This document shows, in pieces, positions 14,265 through 21,553 of a stretch of 38,193 bases of DNA. Where the stretch lies: positions 89,703 to 127,895 of IMG/VR virus record IMGVR_UViG_3300048586_000134. One strand, written 5' to 3'. Source of the stretch: a virus. Taxonomy: Duplodnaviria; Heunggongvirae; Uroviricota; Caudoviricetes. How positions within the stretch are numbered: the stretch's first letter is position 1; each line of letters opens with the position of its first letter. The position numbers and the translations under genes were made by a program. The notes under the pieces were generated by a model. The model was given only the letters and a program-made list of their open reading frames with translations, was not told the DNA's origin and did not search any database.

Positions 14265-14518
14265 GAGCAATCTGGTATTCGTGTAGTCAGTGTGGCAACA
14301 CTGGCGCAACGGTTTTTGGTCCGTGCTCGTGTATCTTCGGACAGGCGCTTCGAGCGTCGTGGGGATGCTGTGGCGGATATTGTGGATGTAATCGAGTAAT
14401 CTATCGCACCTACACGTCGAATCGAAGTGATGGTCCGATCCTGCCGAAGCAGCGTCGAGACTATCAGGCTGAGGAAGCAGAGCGAACGAGAAAGTTCATG
14501 GAGAGACACTACGAATAG
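14261..14518 (+). CDS. Cys-rich hypothetical protein
   Basis: AAGGAG RBS, CSQC...CSC...CCGGYCGC. Confidence 0.65.
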   Translation: MRAIWYSCSQCGNTGATVFGPCSCIFGQALRASWGCCGGYCGCNRVIYRTYTSNRSDGPILPKQRRDYQAEEAERTRKFMERHYE

Positions 14519-14528
14519 TGTCTCAAAT

Positions 14529-14600
14529 GCAGCCGTGGTGAAAGGGATATCATAAGAGCGTGCGAAGTTCTTGTTTCGCGTTCGAATCGCGACGGTTGTA
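14529..14600 (+). tRNA. tRNA-Arg(GCG)
   Basis: AGAGC-GTGCGAA-GTTCT, GCG 14562-14564. Confidence 0.82.
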
Positions 14601-14612
14601 CTAGGAGGGAGG

Positions 14613-14840
14613 ATGAAAGTATTCTACGGTCCTGCAAAAGACAAGCCAAAGGATACCTTCTATGCTGAGATAGTTGCTGTACAAGAAGGCAGTAACTACT
14701 ATGGTAAAGCATGGACTGATGTTGAAATCGCCGTCAGGCGGAATCATCACACGGTCCATCACGAAATACTACGTGTTGATCAAGCGCCACCGCAAGCGCT
14801 CGTTCACACAGAGAAGAAACTGCGGAGCATTCCGCTGTAG
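14613..14840 (+). CDS. Hypothetical protein
   Basis: GGAGGGAGG RBS, ATG 14613. Confidence 0.72.
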   Translation: MKVFYGPAKDKPKDTFYAEIVAVQEGSNYYGKAWTDVEIAVRRNHHTVHHEILRVDQAPPQALVHTEKKLRSIPL

Positions 14841-14851
14841 GAGGAGGAGAC

Positions 14852-15124
14852 ATGACGCCGATTGTTGCCGTTCAATGGTTCGAGAGCGAGCGAGGATGGG
14901 GTATTCGCCCTGATGGGTGGTCGATCCACAAGACGACTGCCGACGCTGAAGATTTCATCAATGACTACAAGGCGAAATACCATACGGCTCCGACTGCACC
15001 AGATACGTATTCGTTTCCTGATGCGCAGAAGGTGATCGATTCCAGTGCTGTACCACAGGAGTATCTCGATCAGCTTGAAGAGGCTCCTCATGGAACGTGG
15101 GTTCCTCAGCGTCACATTCAGTGA
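14852..15124 (+). CDS. Hypothetical protein
   Basis: GGAGGAGG RBS; WFESERGWGIRPDG motif. Confidence 0.78.
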   Translation: MTPIVAVQWFESERGWGIRPDGWSIHKTTADAEDFINDYKAKYHTAPTAPDTYSFPDAQKVIDSSAVPQEYLDQLEEAPHGTWVPQRHIQ

Positions 15125-15132
15125 CGCACAAT

Positions 15133-15205
15133 GCTCCTATGGTCTAACGGATAGGGCAAAGGTGTTCTAAGCCTTAAGGTGCGAGTTCGAATCTTGCTAG
15201 GAGCG
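15133..15205 (+). tRNA. tRNA-Arg(TCT)
   Basis: TCT 15166-15168. Confidence 0.92.
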
Positions 15206-15337
15206 CAGGGCGTAAGACAGCCCCGCCGAGTGTACATGTGGCAAATGTCTGGCGAGGATCAGGTCATCTGCTCCCGCGCAACCTGCGTAAGTGGTTGGCT
15301 TTTCGCCCCGACGTTAGGCTGTAAACATCAGGGCTAG

Positions 15338-15409
15338 GCTACGGTGGCTCAACGGTAGAGCAAGACTTTTGTAAAGTCTAGGTTGCGGGTTCGAATCCTG
15401 TTCGTAGCT
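15338..15409 (+). tRNA. tRNA-Thr(TGT)
   Basis: TGT 15370-15372. Confidence 0.92.
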
Positions 15410-15579
15410 CTGAGGCTTAACCTCACAGGATATAGCCACACTTCCTGCCGCAAAGTACACGCGGAAACGTGATTGGATGTCGGTCTCAGGCAATGACCGA
15501 TACGCTTTGATTGCTACAGTATCAACGTGCAACCTGCGACAGTGGTTGGTTGAGGGGGATTAGCTACAGTCCCCTACCC

Positions 15580-15655
15580 GCATCCTTAGTTCATCTGGTA
15601 GAATCTCTCTTTGGTATAGAGAAGGTGCGCGGTTCGAGTCCGCGAGGGTGCTCCA
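15580..15655 (+). tRNA. tRNA-Thr(GGT)
   Basis: GGT 15613-15615, encoded CCA. Confidence 0.92.
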
Positions 15656-15692
15656 CATATCGAGTATTGTCATAAAAAGAAAAGGAGGGACA

Positions 15693-16694
15693 ATGACCGC
15701 AGACCAAAACTATATCAATCACGTCGTTCTCGTCATGGATGCGTCATCCTCGATGAGTCATCTGACGAACCAAGTCGTTCAGGTTGCTGACCAGCAGGCA
15801 GCATATCTGGCACAGCGTTCGAAAGAGCTTGATCAGGAGACACGCATGACGGTATACACTTTTAGTGACAACACGCAATGTGTGTATTATGACAAGGACG
15901 TGTTGCGTCTGCCGTCATTGAAAGGTAAGTATCGAGCTTCTGGTATGACCGCGCTCGTGGATGCCACGCTTCGCGCAGTCGAAGACCTTGAGAAAACCGC
16001 AACACTTTACGGGGATCACGCTTTCCTGATCTACGTTCTCACGGATGGACAGGAGAACGCCAGTGGTTCACATCCGTCCACACTGTCAAATAAGCTGTCT
16101 CGACTGCCCGACAACTGGACTGTGGCCGTGATGGTTCCTGACCAGAACGGTGTCTTCGAAGCCAAGAAGTTTGGTTTCGCGCCAAACAACATTGCTATTT
16201 GGGATACATCGGTCAAGGGTATTGGTGAAGTTTCCGAGACAATCAAGCGTGCCACTGATAATTACATGGTTGCGCGTGCCTCTGGACTTCGCTCTACGCA
16301 GAACATTTTCAGCCTTGATGCGTCGTCATTGCAACAAGCTGCACAAACTGGTGCACTGACTTCCTTGAAAGGTCATCAATACCGTTCTTACCCTGTCGAA
16401 CGCGAAGCGCAAATCTCCGCGTTTGTCGAGTGGAAGACAGGTATTCCGTACAAGATTGGTACTGCTTTCTATCAGCTTTCGAAGCGTGAGACCATTCAAC
16501 CGCAGAAGCAGATTGCTGTTCGTGACCGACGTACCTATGATTTGTACACTGGTCCGAATGCGAGACAGCTTCTCAAGCTGCCTGATTATGAGGTGCGGGT
16601 CTCGCCTATCGATCATCCTGACTACGATATCTTTGTTCAGTCCACAAGTGTGAATCGCAAGTTGGTTCCTGGGACTGAAGTTATTCTCTTGTAA
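15693..16694 (+). CDS. vWA-domain protein with C-terminal extra domain
   Basis: HVVLVMDASSSM (MIDAS DxSxS), GMTALVDA, VLTDGQEN; ATG 15693 behind AAGGAGG. Confidence 0.88.
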   Translation: MTADQNYINHVVLVMDASSSMSHLTNQVVQVADQQAAYLAQRSKELDQETRMTVYTFSDNTQCVYYDKDVLRLPSLKGKYRASGMTALVDATLRAVEDLEKTATLYGDHAFLIYVLTDGQENASGSHPSTLSNKLSRLPDNWTVAVMVPDQNGVFEAKKFGFAPNNIAIWDTSVKGIGEVSETIKRATDNYMVARASGLRSTQNIFSLDASSLQQAAQTGALTSLKGHQYRSYPVEREAQISAFVEWKTGIPYKIGTAFYQLSKRETIQPQKQIAVRDRRTYDLYTGPNARQLLKLPDYEVRVSPIDHPDYDIFVQSTSVNRKLVPGTEVILL

Positions 16695-16700
16695 TGCTAG

Positions 16701-16733
16701 CGAAAGCCTCTCTGCTGGTCGGAGAGGCTTTCG
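16701..16733 (+). terminator. 12-bp inverted repeat after the vWA gene
   Basis: CGAAAGCCTCTC/GAGAGGCTTTCG; no clear U-tract. Confidence 0.5.
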
Positions 16734-16771
16734 TGTCGCCAAAATTCGATCAACCGCATATGATAGTGTGT
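16734..16771 (+). promoter_or_regulatory. Repeated sigma70-like promoter, copy 3
   Basis: TCGCCA 16736-16741, 17 nt, TATGAT 16759-16764. Confidence 0.8.
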
Positions 16772-16773
16772 AA

Positions 16774-16844
16774 GCAGGTAAGATGTTATGGCCGCATGGT
16801 TGCCTTCCAAGCAAATCGTCGGAGTTCGATTCTCCGTACCTGCA
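16774..16844 (+). tRNA. tRNA-Gly(TCC)
   Basis: TCC 16806-16808; weak D arm. Confidence 0.82.
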
Positions 16845-16953
16845 CTGACGTTTGATGGTGCACCATCAAATATCCCTTGTATCACATGGTCCCGCTGTGG
16901 TACAATGGCTTTGTTCGCCTTCACCTACGAACAAGGTAGGGTGAGCGGGACTT

Positions 16954-17026
16954 GAAGGTGTGGTGAAGTGGTAAACACGGTGGTCTGCAAAACCTCCATA
17001 CAGCGGTTCGAATCCGCTCACCTTCT
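16954..17026 (+). tRNA. tRNA-Cys(GCA)
   Basis: GCA 16987-16989, U73. Confidence 0.92.
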
Positions 17027-17163
17027 CTAACGAATGTGTGCGCGAGTCGCGCCGAGGTAAGGTGTAGAACCCCATATCGTATCGTGTCAAGCGACGGCAT
17101 TGTACGTGTGGATAACTTCGTGGCCGATGCCAAGGAAAACGCGCACACGTTCGCTTTCTTTTT

Positions 17164-17206
17164 GCAGGATTAAGCTAGTGGTAAACTGGTACATTGCCAA
17201 TGTACA
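17164..17206 (+). pseudogene. Orphan 5' half of tRNA-Gly(GCC)
   Basis: GCAGGAT, D arm, GTACA-TTGCCAA-TGTAC; no T arm follows. Confidence 0.78.
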
Positions 17207-17252
17207 CCCGCTAGCTTCTACATACAAGCACCATTAACAACGGAGGTTAGAA

Positions 17253-17693
17253 ATGGGCAATACCAATCAGCGCAAGGCTGAAACACTAGGCATGCCTCAC
17301 GGCACGGCCAACAACAAATTGCGAAAGCAACTGCTATTTAAATACGTGCGCAAGGCAGGAGAACACTATTGTTTCAAGTGCGGTGCGGAAATTGAGTCAG
17401 TTGACGATCTTTCCGTTGAACACAAAGAGGCGTGGGAAGGGATATCTGCTGATCTATTTTGGGATTTAGATAACATTGCTTTTAGTCATCTCTCGTGTAA
17501 CAGACCTAACACAAACGGAGGAGCATTCAAGGTAACAAGGAACTTCAACTCTCTCATGAAATGGTGTCCTTCTTGCGAGACCTATGTGGGGAAAGAAGAT
17601 TTCAACAAGAATGCGAATCGCAAAGACGGATTGGCTGATTACTGCAAATCCTGTCACAGAAAAAAGAAAATGCAGCGGTCATTCAAGGGCTAG
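17253..17693 (+). CDS. HNH endonuclease with C-terminal Zn module (family C)
   Basis: CFKC...LSVEHK...LDNIAFSHLSCN; CPSC...CKSC; last codons encode the tRNA-Gly 5' end. Confidence 0.85.
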   Translation: MGNTNQRKAETLGMPHGTANNKLRKQLLFKYVRKAGEHYCFKCGAEIESVDDLSVEHKEAWEGISADLFWDLDNIAFSHLSCNRPNTNGGAFKVTRNFNSLMKWCPSCETYVGKEDFNKNANRKDGLADYCKSCHRKKKMQRSFKG

Positions 17694-17746
17694 GATACAC
17701 GCTTGCCAAGTGTGATATACGGGTTCGAATCCCGTTCGCTGCACCA
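17672..17746 (+). tRNA. tRNA-Gly(GCC)
   Basis: GCAGCGG/TCGCTGC, CTTGCCAA loop region, encoded CCA. Confidence 0.9.
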
Positions 17747-17850
17747 GTCAAGCCGTTGGTAATCGGTTATCAGATTCAATCCTCTGGCAACTAGGGTAGT
17801 TCCTACTGCTTTGCGCGAAAGCGCTTTCCGATTCCGTTTTTGCTCGACTG
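17747..17850 (+). ncRNA. Y RNA-like #10
   Basis: GTCaAGC[C]G/TTGCTcGAC; AATCGG/CCGATT; GGTTATC; GCGC-GAAA-GCGC hairpin. Confidence 0.82.
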
Positions 17851-17854
17851 TCTC

Positions 17855-17927
17855 GCAGATGTAGGCTAAATGGCAGGCCGCTTCTCTCTCAAGGAAGTGC
17901 GTGCGAGTTCGACTCTCGTCATCTGTA
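17855..17927 (+). tRNA. tRNA-Glu(CTC)
   Basis: CTC 17888-17890. Confidence 0.88.
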
Positions 17928-17929
17928 CT

Positions 17930-18057
17930 AATGTTGGTCGATTGTTGTAGGTTATCTTATTATTCCGCCAAAACTTAGGGACAACGGTGTTAGGGCACGC
18001 TTCGGGTATTTCCGATGAGGTTAAGAACTTCACCCTACGACGCAACTTACTAACATT
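17930..18057 (+). ncRNA. Y RNA-like #11
   Basis: AATGTTGGT[C]GA/TTACTAACATT; GTTGTAGG/CCTACGAC; GGTTATC. Confidence 0.82.
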
Positions 18058-18077
18058 TCTTTTACGAGGGAGGGGAA

Positions 18078-18347
18078 ATGAATCCATTTGAGCGCTATCG
18101 TGATGAATTGCGGACGCATCTTGAAAATGTTGAACGTCTGATACAAGATGGTGAGTCTTTCGAGAAGCGTTTTCTTCTGGATAGGTATGGTAAGGAACTT
18201 CTTGTCAAACTTCGTGCAGAGCGTACCTTTACCGTAGGGCTACTGGAAACGGTCGAATCGATTATTCACAAGCTCCGACAGGTTCGGGAAACGATTGAAG
18301 AGCATGCACGATCCGATTTTCGAACACTATCTCAAGGAACTGAATGA
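18078..18347 (+). CDS. Hypothetical coiled-coil protein
   Basis: GGGAGG RBS, 89 aa. Confidence 0.7.
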   Translation: MNPFERYRDELRTHLENVERLIQDGESFEKRFLLDRYGKELLVKLRAERTFTVGLLETVESIIHKLRQVRETIEEHARSDFRTLSQGTE

Positions 18348-18531
18348 GGCAATTAGTCTCATGGATGATTATGTCGAGAGATGGGCATTTGGTGATTGGG
18401 ATGTAGATTACTTGACATCCACGCAAGTTTATAGTAGACTGAGAACAGGAAAAAAGATCAGCAAACAAATCAGATTGATCAACGACATCTGTGAGAGTAT
18501 GGACGATCACAGACATGCAGACGTACGCTAA
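18304..18531 (+). CDS. Hypothetical protein
   Basis: Start uncertain; stop in the tRNA-Glu D loop. Confidence 0.6.
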   Translation: MHDPIFEHYLKELNEAISLMDDYVERWAFGDWDVDYLTSTQVYSRLRTGKKISKQIRLINDICESMDDHRHADVR

Positions 18532-18589
18532 TGGCTAGGCGGAACGGCTTTCACCCGTTTGTGTGCGAGTTCGAATCTCGTCGTCTGTA
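18517..18589 (+). tRNA. tRNA-Glu(TTC)
   Basis: TTC 18550-18552. Confidence 0.88.
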
Positions 18590-18608
18590 CTAACAAGAAG
18601 GAGACATT

Positions 18609-18869
18609 ATGACAAACCAACTTCCATTCAATATCGAGTACGTTGAAGGTGATGCGATCTTCGACAAGGACACGCAATTCTTTGCGCTCAACGCGGCAAC
18701 AACGATTGCACACCGCTCAGACGGTAAAGCGATTATGGAAATTCCCGCTCAGCTAACGCTGATTCAGATGTTGGAGAACTGGATTGAAGAAGGATACACC
18801 GTCACCATCAAGCTCGAACCAGTTGGGACTTCCGAGTTGGATGGAGGAGAGCCTACTAACGGAGCTTAG
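18609..18869 (+). CDS. Hypothetical protein
   Basis: AAGGAG RBS, 86 aa. Confidence 0.72.
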   Translation: MTNQLPFNIEYVEGDAIFDKDTQFFALNAATTIAHRSDGKAIMEIPAQLTLIQMLENWIEEGYTVTIKLEPVGTSELDGGEPTNGA

Positions 18870-18872
18870 CGA

Positions 18873-19202
18873 ATGGCAGATCAACTATCTCTTGAGTTCG
18901 GCAGAACCGAGACACGTACGACGGTCGTCAATGTACACACCGATCCGTTTGATATCTACATCGGGAGGAGCGGAAAAGGAGTCACCTCGATTTGGGGGAA
19001 CCCTTTTACGACTGGCAGAGACGGCACGCGAGAAATGGTTATCGAGAAGTATCGCGCCTATCTCCAAGGACGACCTGACCTACTCGCGCTTATCCCGACT
19101 CTTAAAGGAAAGAGGCTGGGATGTTTCTGTAAGCGACACGACCGAGAGGTTGCATGCCACGGAGACGTACTTGCGGAGCTTGCGGATCGAGAAGGAGGGT
19201 AA
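18873..19202 (+). CDS. DUF4326-family protein
   Basis: DIYIGR...WGNPF...YRAYL...LKGKRLGCFC...CHGDVL. Confidence 0.88.
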   Translation: MADQLSLEFGRTETRTTVVNVHTDPFDIYIGRSGKGVTSIWGNPFTTGRDGTREMVIEKYRAYLQGRPDLLALIPTLKGKRLGCFCKRHDREVACHGDVLAELADREGG

Positions 19203-19204
19203 GA

Positions 19205-19378
19205 GTGGGCGAAATTAGAATTCGGTTTGATATGTCGGATCAGGAGCGGAACGTGTTGATTGATTCGCTTCTTAACGATTTCAAACCCCTTGACGAGTGG
19301 ATCAATGACTTGCGTAATAAAGGATATGACATTATTATCAGAGTCTCCTCTCCTGTAGAGGATGACGTGGGGGAATAG
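19205..19378 (+). CDS. Hypothetical protein
   Basis: GGAGGG RBS, GTG start; stop at tRNA-Leu positions 8-10. Confidence 0.6.
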   Translation: MGEIRIRFDMSDQERNVLIDSLLNDFKPLDEWINDLRNKGYDIIIRVSSPVEDDVGE

Positions 19379-19443
19379 CAGAACGGCATATGCGGGAGCT
19401 TCAAAACCTCCGACACCTGTGGGTTCAAATCCCACTTCCCCTA
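19369..19443 (+). tRNA. tRNA-Leu(CAA), short variable region
   Basis: CAA 19402-19404, Leu-type D loop GAACGGCATA. Confidence 0.85.
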
Positions 19444-19447
19444 CCGT

Positions 19448-19519
19448 GTCGATATCGTTCAATGGTTAGGACGGTTCTCTCATAAGGAACCAATGGTGGT
19501 TCGACTCCACCTATCGACA
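19448..19519 (+). tRNA. tRNA with CAT anticodon (elongator Met or Ile2)
   Basis: CAT 19481-19483, paired 1:72. Confidence 0.9.
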
Positions 19520-19538
19520 CTCAGCAAGAAAGGAGTAC

Positions 19539-19754
19539 ATGATGTACAGTTGCGTAGTTACTGTAAAGGTCTCGGAAAATTCTGTTGGAGAAATTATGCG
19601 AACGTTTGCATCGCAAAGCAAACCAACGATCAATTTTGAAGCAGAATGGGTGAAAATTGTCGCAGACGAGGAAGGTCGCGAGCAGACGGCATACGTCAGT
19701 CGCGAAAATTTCGTCGCCTGTACAATTTTGACCGAGGCTGGAACCAATGAATAA
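19539..19754 (+). CDS. Hypothetical protein
   Basis: AAGGAG RBS, 71 aa. Confidence 0.68.
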   Translation: MMYSCVVTVKVSENSVGEIMRTFASQSKPTINFEAEWVKIVADEEGREQTAYVSRENFVACTILTEAGTNE

Positions 19755-20517
19755 AATTGTCGCGGTTGGTGACATCCACGGACAGTTTTACAAGCTCCTC
19801 GATTTGATGGGTGCTCTCGAAGAGCACGGCTATCGTCTCGGAGAATGCAAGTTCGTGTTTCTTGGAGACTTGGTTGATGGTGGCCCTGAAACGCGTCAGG
19901 TGGTTGAGTGGATCAAGACAACTGAGAGTCAGTATCCCGAAGTCCATGTACTGTTAGGCAATCATGAACATCTCATGCTTGATGCGTTGAGATGGGGAAG
20001 TAACATCTATGGCAACTATTATCTTTGGTACATGCAGGGTGGCCGTGAAACATTTGAGTCGTACATTCCTGCCCATCTAACGCCGCTTGAGCGGGGTTTG
20101 GTGGGACCAGAGGATGTTATTCCTTCTGAACATCTTGACTGGCTTGAGACGCTTCGCACTGAGTACGAAACTAATCAGTTTATCTTTGTTCACGCTGGCT
20201 TGCGTCCGACGAAAACAGTGCACGAATCCTCTTTGTGGGATAAAATCTGGATACGAGAAGACTTCATCGACTCTGATTACGATTGGGGAAAGAGAGTGGT
20301 CTACGGACATACCTATACCAAGGCACCATTGATCATGCCGAACAAAATTGGCATCGATACAATGCACCACGGTCACGGCGTTATCACGTCGGTTGTCCTC
20401 GATGACGAGAATGGGGGCATTCTTGACTTCATCACGGATCAGGACTTGATCAGGAAGGAGACGCGCTATGGCCTCGCCCACAAGCACGACGGAGAGTGGA
20501 CGCTTTCCCTTTCATGA
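19747..20517 (+). CDS. Calcineurin-like metallophosphoesterase (lambda PP/PrpA type)
   Basis: GDIHG, GDLVDGG, GNHE, FVHAG, VYGHT, GIDT. Confidence 0.93.
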   Translation: MNKIVAVGDIHGQFYKLLDLMGALEEHGYRLGECKFVFLGDLVDGGPETRQVVEWIKTTESQYPEVHVLLGNHEHLMLDALRWGSNIYGNYYLWYMQGGRETFESYIPAHLTPLERGLVGPEDVIPSEHLDWLETLRTEYETNQFIFVHAGLRPTKTVHESSLWDKIWIREDFIDSDYDWGKRVVYGHTYTKAPLIMPNKIGIDTMHHGHGVITSVVLDDENGGILDFITDQDLIRKETRYGLAHKHDGEWTLSLS

Positions 20518-20923
20518 TCAGCCACCAGTGGTGGTTGTTATCGGGAGCAGGGAGTTCACGCGTAAGGATTGGGTAGACAAATTCCTTGCTCGTCTTGCTG
20601 ATGAAACGCTTATCATCAGTGGAGGTGCGAAGTCAGGAGTTGACCTGTGGGTGAAGGAATACTGCGAAGCAAACCCAAGACGAGTTTCGTACAAGGAAAT
20701 TCCTGTGACGAGGGCAGAATGGGAACTGGTAGGTAACTACGCGGGACCGCTTCGAAACGAAGTCATCATGTTCCATGTGAGTCTCTTCAAGAAACGTGGT
20801 GTATCGGTCGCAGTTGTCGCCTTCTCAGAAGTGGGTGAGAATGGTGTCTTGACGCCTGGAACGTTAACTGCTATTCTTGCTGCAAGGAAGTACGCACTTC
20901 CTGTCTACATTTATACTACGTAG
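20468..20923 (+). CDS. SLOG-superfamily protein (YspA/DUF2493-like)
   Basis: VVVIGSREF, IISGGAKSGVD, AGPLRN motifs. Confidence 0.75.
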   Translation: MASPTSTTESGRFPFHDQPPVVVVIGSREFTRKDWVDKFLARLADETLIISGGAKSGVDLWVKEYCEANPRRVSYKEIPVTRAEWELVGNYAGPLRNEVIMFHVSLFKKRGVSVAVVAFSEVGENGVLTPGTLTAILAARKYALPVYIYTT

Positions 20924-20932
20924 GAGAGCGTC

Positions 20933-21082
20933 ATGATGGACGAATGCAACATCTGTGGGCTTGAGGTTGAGGACGCTGAGAAGTGCGGGGTTAAAGAAGT
21001 TGGTGAGTCATGCGCTTGCTGCGGACGTGTTCTGATTGCTCGTGCTAACGAGGAGGACGAAAACGAAACAGAGGAGCAATAA
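20933..21082 (+). CDS. 49-aa Cys-rich hypothetical protein
   Basis: AGGAG RBS, CNIC...CACC. Confidence 0.55.
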   Translation: MMDECNICGLEVEDAEKCGVKEVGESCACCGRVLIARANEEDENETEEQ

Positions 21083-21336
21083 TGGCAGCGGATAAGGATA
21101 CCAGCCCGAAGCCGCGTGATACCTCGTGGCTCCTTTATATTGCGGCACCATTGGTGCTAATCATGATTCTCGTTACGGCCTCGAATGAAGTGGGAACGCA
21201 CACAACGCCGACACCGACTGCGGTCGTTGAGCCAACAGCCACTCCAACAATCGATGTGAGTGAATACTTATTCTGTACAGTTATTGAATTTACAGACGAT
21301 TATTTACTAGTTCGTTGTGATAAAGAGGAGCCGTAA
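21082..21336 (+). CDS. Membrane-anchored protein with PT-rich linker
   Basis: One TM helix then TTPTPTAVVEPTATPT. Confidence 0.72.
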   Translation: MAADKDTSPKPRDTSWLLYIAAPLVLIMILVTASNEVGTHTTPTPTAVVEPTATPTIDVSEYLFCTVIEFTDDYLLVRCDKEEP

Positions 21337-21410
21337 CGGAAACTTTTCCACACGAGTCGGTTATACTACATTAGTAGGGGAAATTAGCTAACTCAAGAAA
21401 GGGAACTTCT

Positions 21411-21542
21411 ATGGTTCGAGTTGCAACACAACCAGCACGCCCAGCAGTTCGAAAGGGTAATGGCGGAGTTCGCGGAAATCACGCAAATTCCAAGAAGACC
21501 GTCAAGCAGGAGATTGGTGCACCAAGCACTCCATCTCGTTAG
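21411..21542 (+). CDS. 43-aa basic peptide
   Basis: AAGGGA RBS; downstream of a TATACT box at about 21362. Confidence 0.45.
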   Translation: MVRVATQPARPAVRKGNGGVRGNHANSKKTVKQEIGAPSTPSR

Positions 21543-21553
21543 GATAACGTCAT

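Noticed and set aside
3448-18057. Recurring AAGCCGA...GTTATC motif as a CRISPR repeat or operator
   Set aside because: Spacing is irregular, the motif is not a DNA palindrome, and each copy pairs with a covarying distal 3' strand, which indicates RNA structure.
19395-19411. Possible UCA (opal or Sec) anticodon in the tRNA at 19369
   Set aside because: The stem GGAG/CTCC centres CAA; there is no Sec-type long acceptor or variable arm.
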